From Antechinus flavipes (taxonomy: Eukaryota), in the NCBI RefSeq assembly GCF_016432865.1, contig NC_067399.1:395808001-395872000 (forward strand): a stretch of 64,000 bases of DNA, in the 5' to 3' direction. Below, in pieces: positions 62,185 to 64,000 of this stretch (position 1 is its first letter; each line of letters begins with the position of its first letter). A program made the position numbers and the translations under genes. The notes under the pieces are model-generated. The model ran no database searches, was not told the DNA's origin, and saw nothing but the letters and a program-made list of their open reading frames with translations.

Positions 62185-62760
62185 ATTGTTGTTCAGTCAC
62201 ATCCACTCTCTTCAACCTTGGGAGTTTTGGGTTATATCCGACTTTTTGTGACCTCATTTAGGGTTTTCTTGGCAGATATACTGGAGTATATTTTCTCCTC
62301 TAGCTCATTTTACAGATGGGAAAACTGAGGCAAACAGTGTTAACTGACTTGCTAATAAATGTCTGACTTAATAATTCTCTGAGGTTAGATTTGAACTCTG
62401 GAAGGTGAGTTTTCCTGACTTAGGCCTGGCAGGCTTTCCACTGTGCCATTTGGGGGTCCCCCACAGTTACATAGATTTAGATACGGAAGGAACTTTGGGA
62501 TTTTATCTATTCCAAACCCCTCAATTTAAAAATAAGAGGCTGAGACAGAGCACCAACCCTGAAATCCAGAGAACCTTGAGTTCAAATTCAGTCTCAGACA
62601 CTCACTAGTTGTGTAACTCTGAACACTGACTCCCAAATAAATAAAGATGGGAAAACCAAAGCTCTAGGGAGAGATGATTTGCCCATGGTAATAATATGTG
62701 GCAGAGCTGAGAATCAAACCCTGATGCTCTGATTCTATGCACAGCATTCTTTCCATCGCA
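62185..62760. mobile_element. MAR1-type SINE (minus, about 62185-62455) then a MIR3-like SINE with an internal SINE head (about 62465-62760)
   Basis: gggttttcttggcagatatactggagt...; atagatttagatacggaaggaactttggg... Confidence 0.7.
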
Positions 62761-63269
62761 CCCTGCAACTGAAAGTAGCCTAAGATGCAACCCCTTCTCT
62801 CATATCCCTAGTTTTGCTTCTCTTCCTGTGCCCTTTCACTGACCACAGATAATACATGCAAGAGAGAAAGTATAGATTGCTCAGCAGTAGGTTATGCATT
62901 CCTCCCATACTGTCTTACAAGGGAGGGTGATGTAGCAGGGAAAATACTGAACTTGAAAGCAAATGAAAACTAGTTTGGCTTTGAATCCTGGTTCCCCACT
63001 CGCATCTCTACTTGCAAGTCTCTTAAATTTCAGTTTCTGCATCTCTATGCAGCCCTGTTGTTATTGTCACAAAGGAGCTGGCAACAGGAAGGTAGACATC
63101 AGCCACTCTTGCTCTCTACCACATTTTTTTGCAGGCAAAACTATCCATCCTCTTATGTTATGACTTTCTCTCAAGCTCTTTCTTCATCCCATCCCCGCTG
63201 GTGTGAAAACCAGACTGTGGAATAATGGTGGATTTCTGCCTTAAAATTAGCCCCAGTTTGGAGAACATT

Positions 63270-64000
63270 TTGGAACTATGCCCAAAGGGCTATCAAACTG
63301 TGCGTTCCCTTTGACCCAGCAGTGTTACTACTGGACTTATATCCCAAAGAGATCTTAAAGAAGGGAAAGGGACCTGTATGTGCAAGAATGTTTGTGGCAG
63401 CCCTGTTTGTAGTGTCCAGAAACTGGAAACTGAGGGGATGCCCATCAATTGGAGAATGGCTGAATAAATTGTGGTATATGAATGCTATGGGATATTACTG
63501 TTCTGTAAGAAATGACCAGCAGGATGATTTCAGAAAGGCTTGAGGAGACTTGTATGAACTGATACTAAGTGAAATGGGTAGAACCAAGAGAATGTGTTAC
63601 ACAGCAACAAGAAGATTATATAATTATCAACTTTGATGGACGTGGCTCTTTTCAATAATGAGGTAATTTGGGCCAATTCCAATAGACTTGTGATAGAGAG
63701 AACTATCTGCACTCAAAGAGAGGACTAGGGGAACTGAATATGGGTCACAACATAATATTTTCACTTTTGTTGTTATTGTGTGCTTGATTTTTTTTTCTTT
63801 ATCATTTTCCCCTTTTTGATCTCATTTTTCTTATGCAGCATGATAAATGTGAAAATATTATAAAAGAATCGCACATATTTAACATATATTGGATTACTTG
63901 CTGTCTAGGGGAGGGAGTGAAGGGAAGGGAGGGAGAAAAAATTTGGAACGCAATGTTTTTACAAGGTAAATGTTGAAAACTATCTCTGCATATATTTTGA
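63270..64000 (+). mobile_element. L1 3' end (ORF2 C-terminus plus 3' UTR) running off the window
   Basis: LLLDLYPKEILKKGKGPVCARMFVAALFVVSRNWKLRGCPSIGEWLNKLWYMN. Confidence 0.95.

Noticed and set aside
2714-62507. Shared 14-mers at distant sites (e.g. ctttgggattttat near 2724 and 62494; tttctatcaatgac near 12630 and antisense near 50505)
   Set aside because: Matches of this length are expected by chance in 64 kb of AT-rich DNA
1-64000. Prokaryotic systems (CRISPR arrays, operons, defence loci), tRNA/rRNA genes, CpG island
   Set aside because: No regularly spaced repeat-spacer arrays, no dense ORF packing, no structural RNA I recognise; tRNA-like A/B boxes belong to SINE heads and CpG is depleted throughout

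Overview
Raw eukaryotic genomic DNA, AT-rich and CpG-depleted, with five N-gaps that mostly abut simple repeats or SINEs. The repeat landscape (MAR1-type and WSINE1-type CORE-SINEs, MIR, L2, L3/CR1, marsupial-type L1, an RTE fragment, hAT/Charlie MITEs, a solo LTR) points to a marsupial, probably Australian and plausibly a dasyurid; this is inferred from SINE type. More than half the window is recognisable transposon debris. I could not recognise any known protein-coding gene. The supplied ORFs are L1 remnants, gap or microsatellite artefacts, or probably chance. There is no CpG island, tRNA, rRNA or CRISPR array. Worth a second look: (1) a TATA-led, three-exon plus-strand candidate at 32.4-33.2 kb whose junctions join into one 66-aa ORF; (2) three apparent local templated duplications, including a 35-bp perfect copy with slippage scars; (3) several well-bounded minus-strand exon candidates that may form a spliced transcript; (4) two L1 copies with large internal deletions; (5) nested insertions that give a relative TE chronology. 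Repeat boundaries and family names come from my recollection of consensus sequences and are approximate. All gene models are unverified hypotheses.
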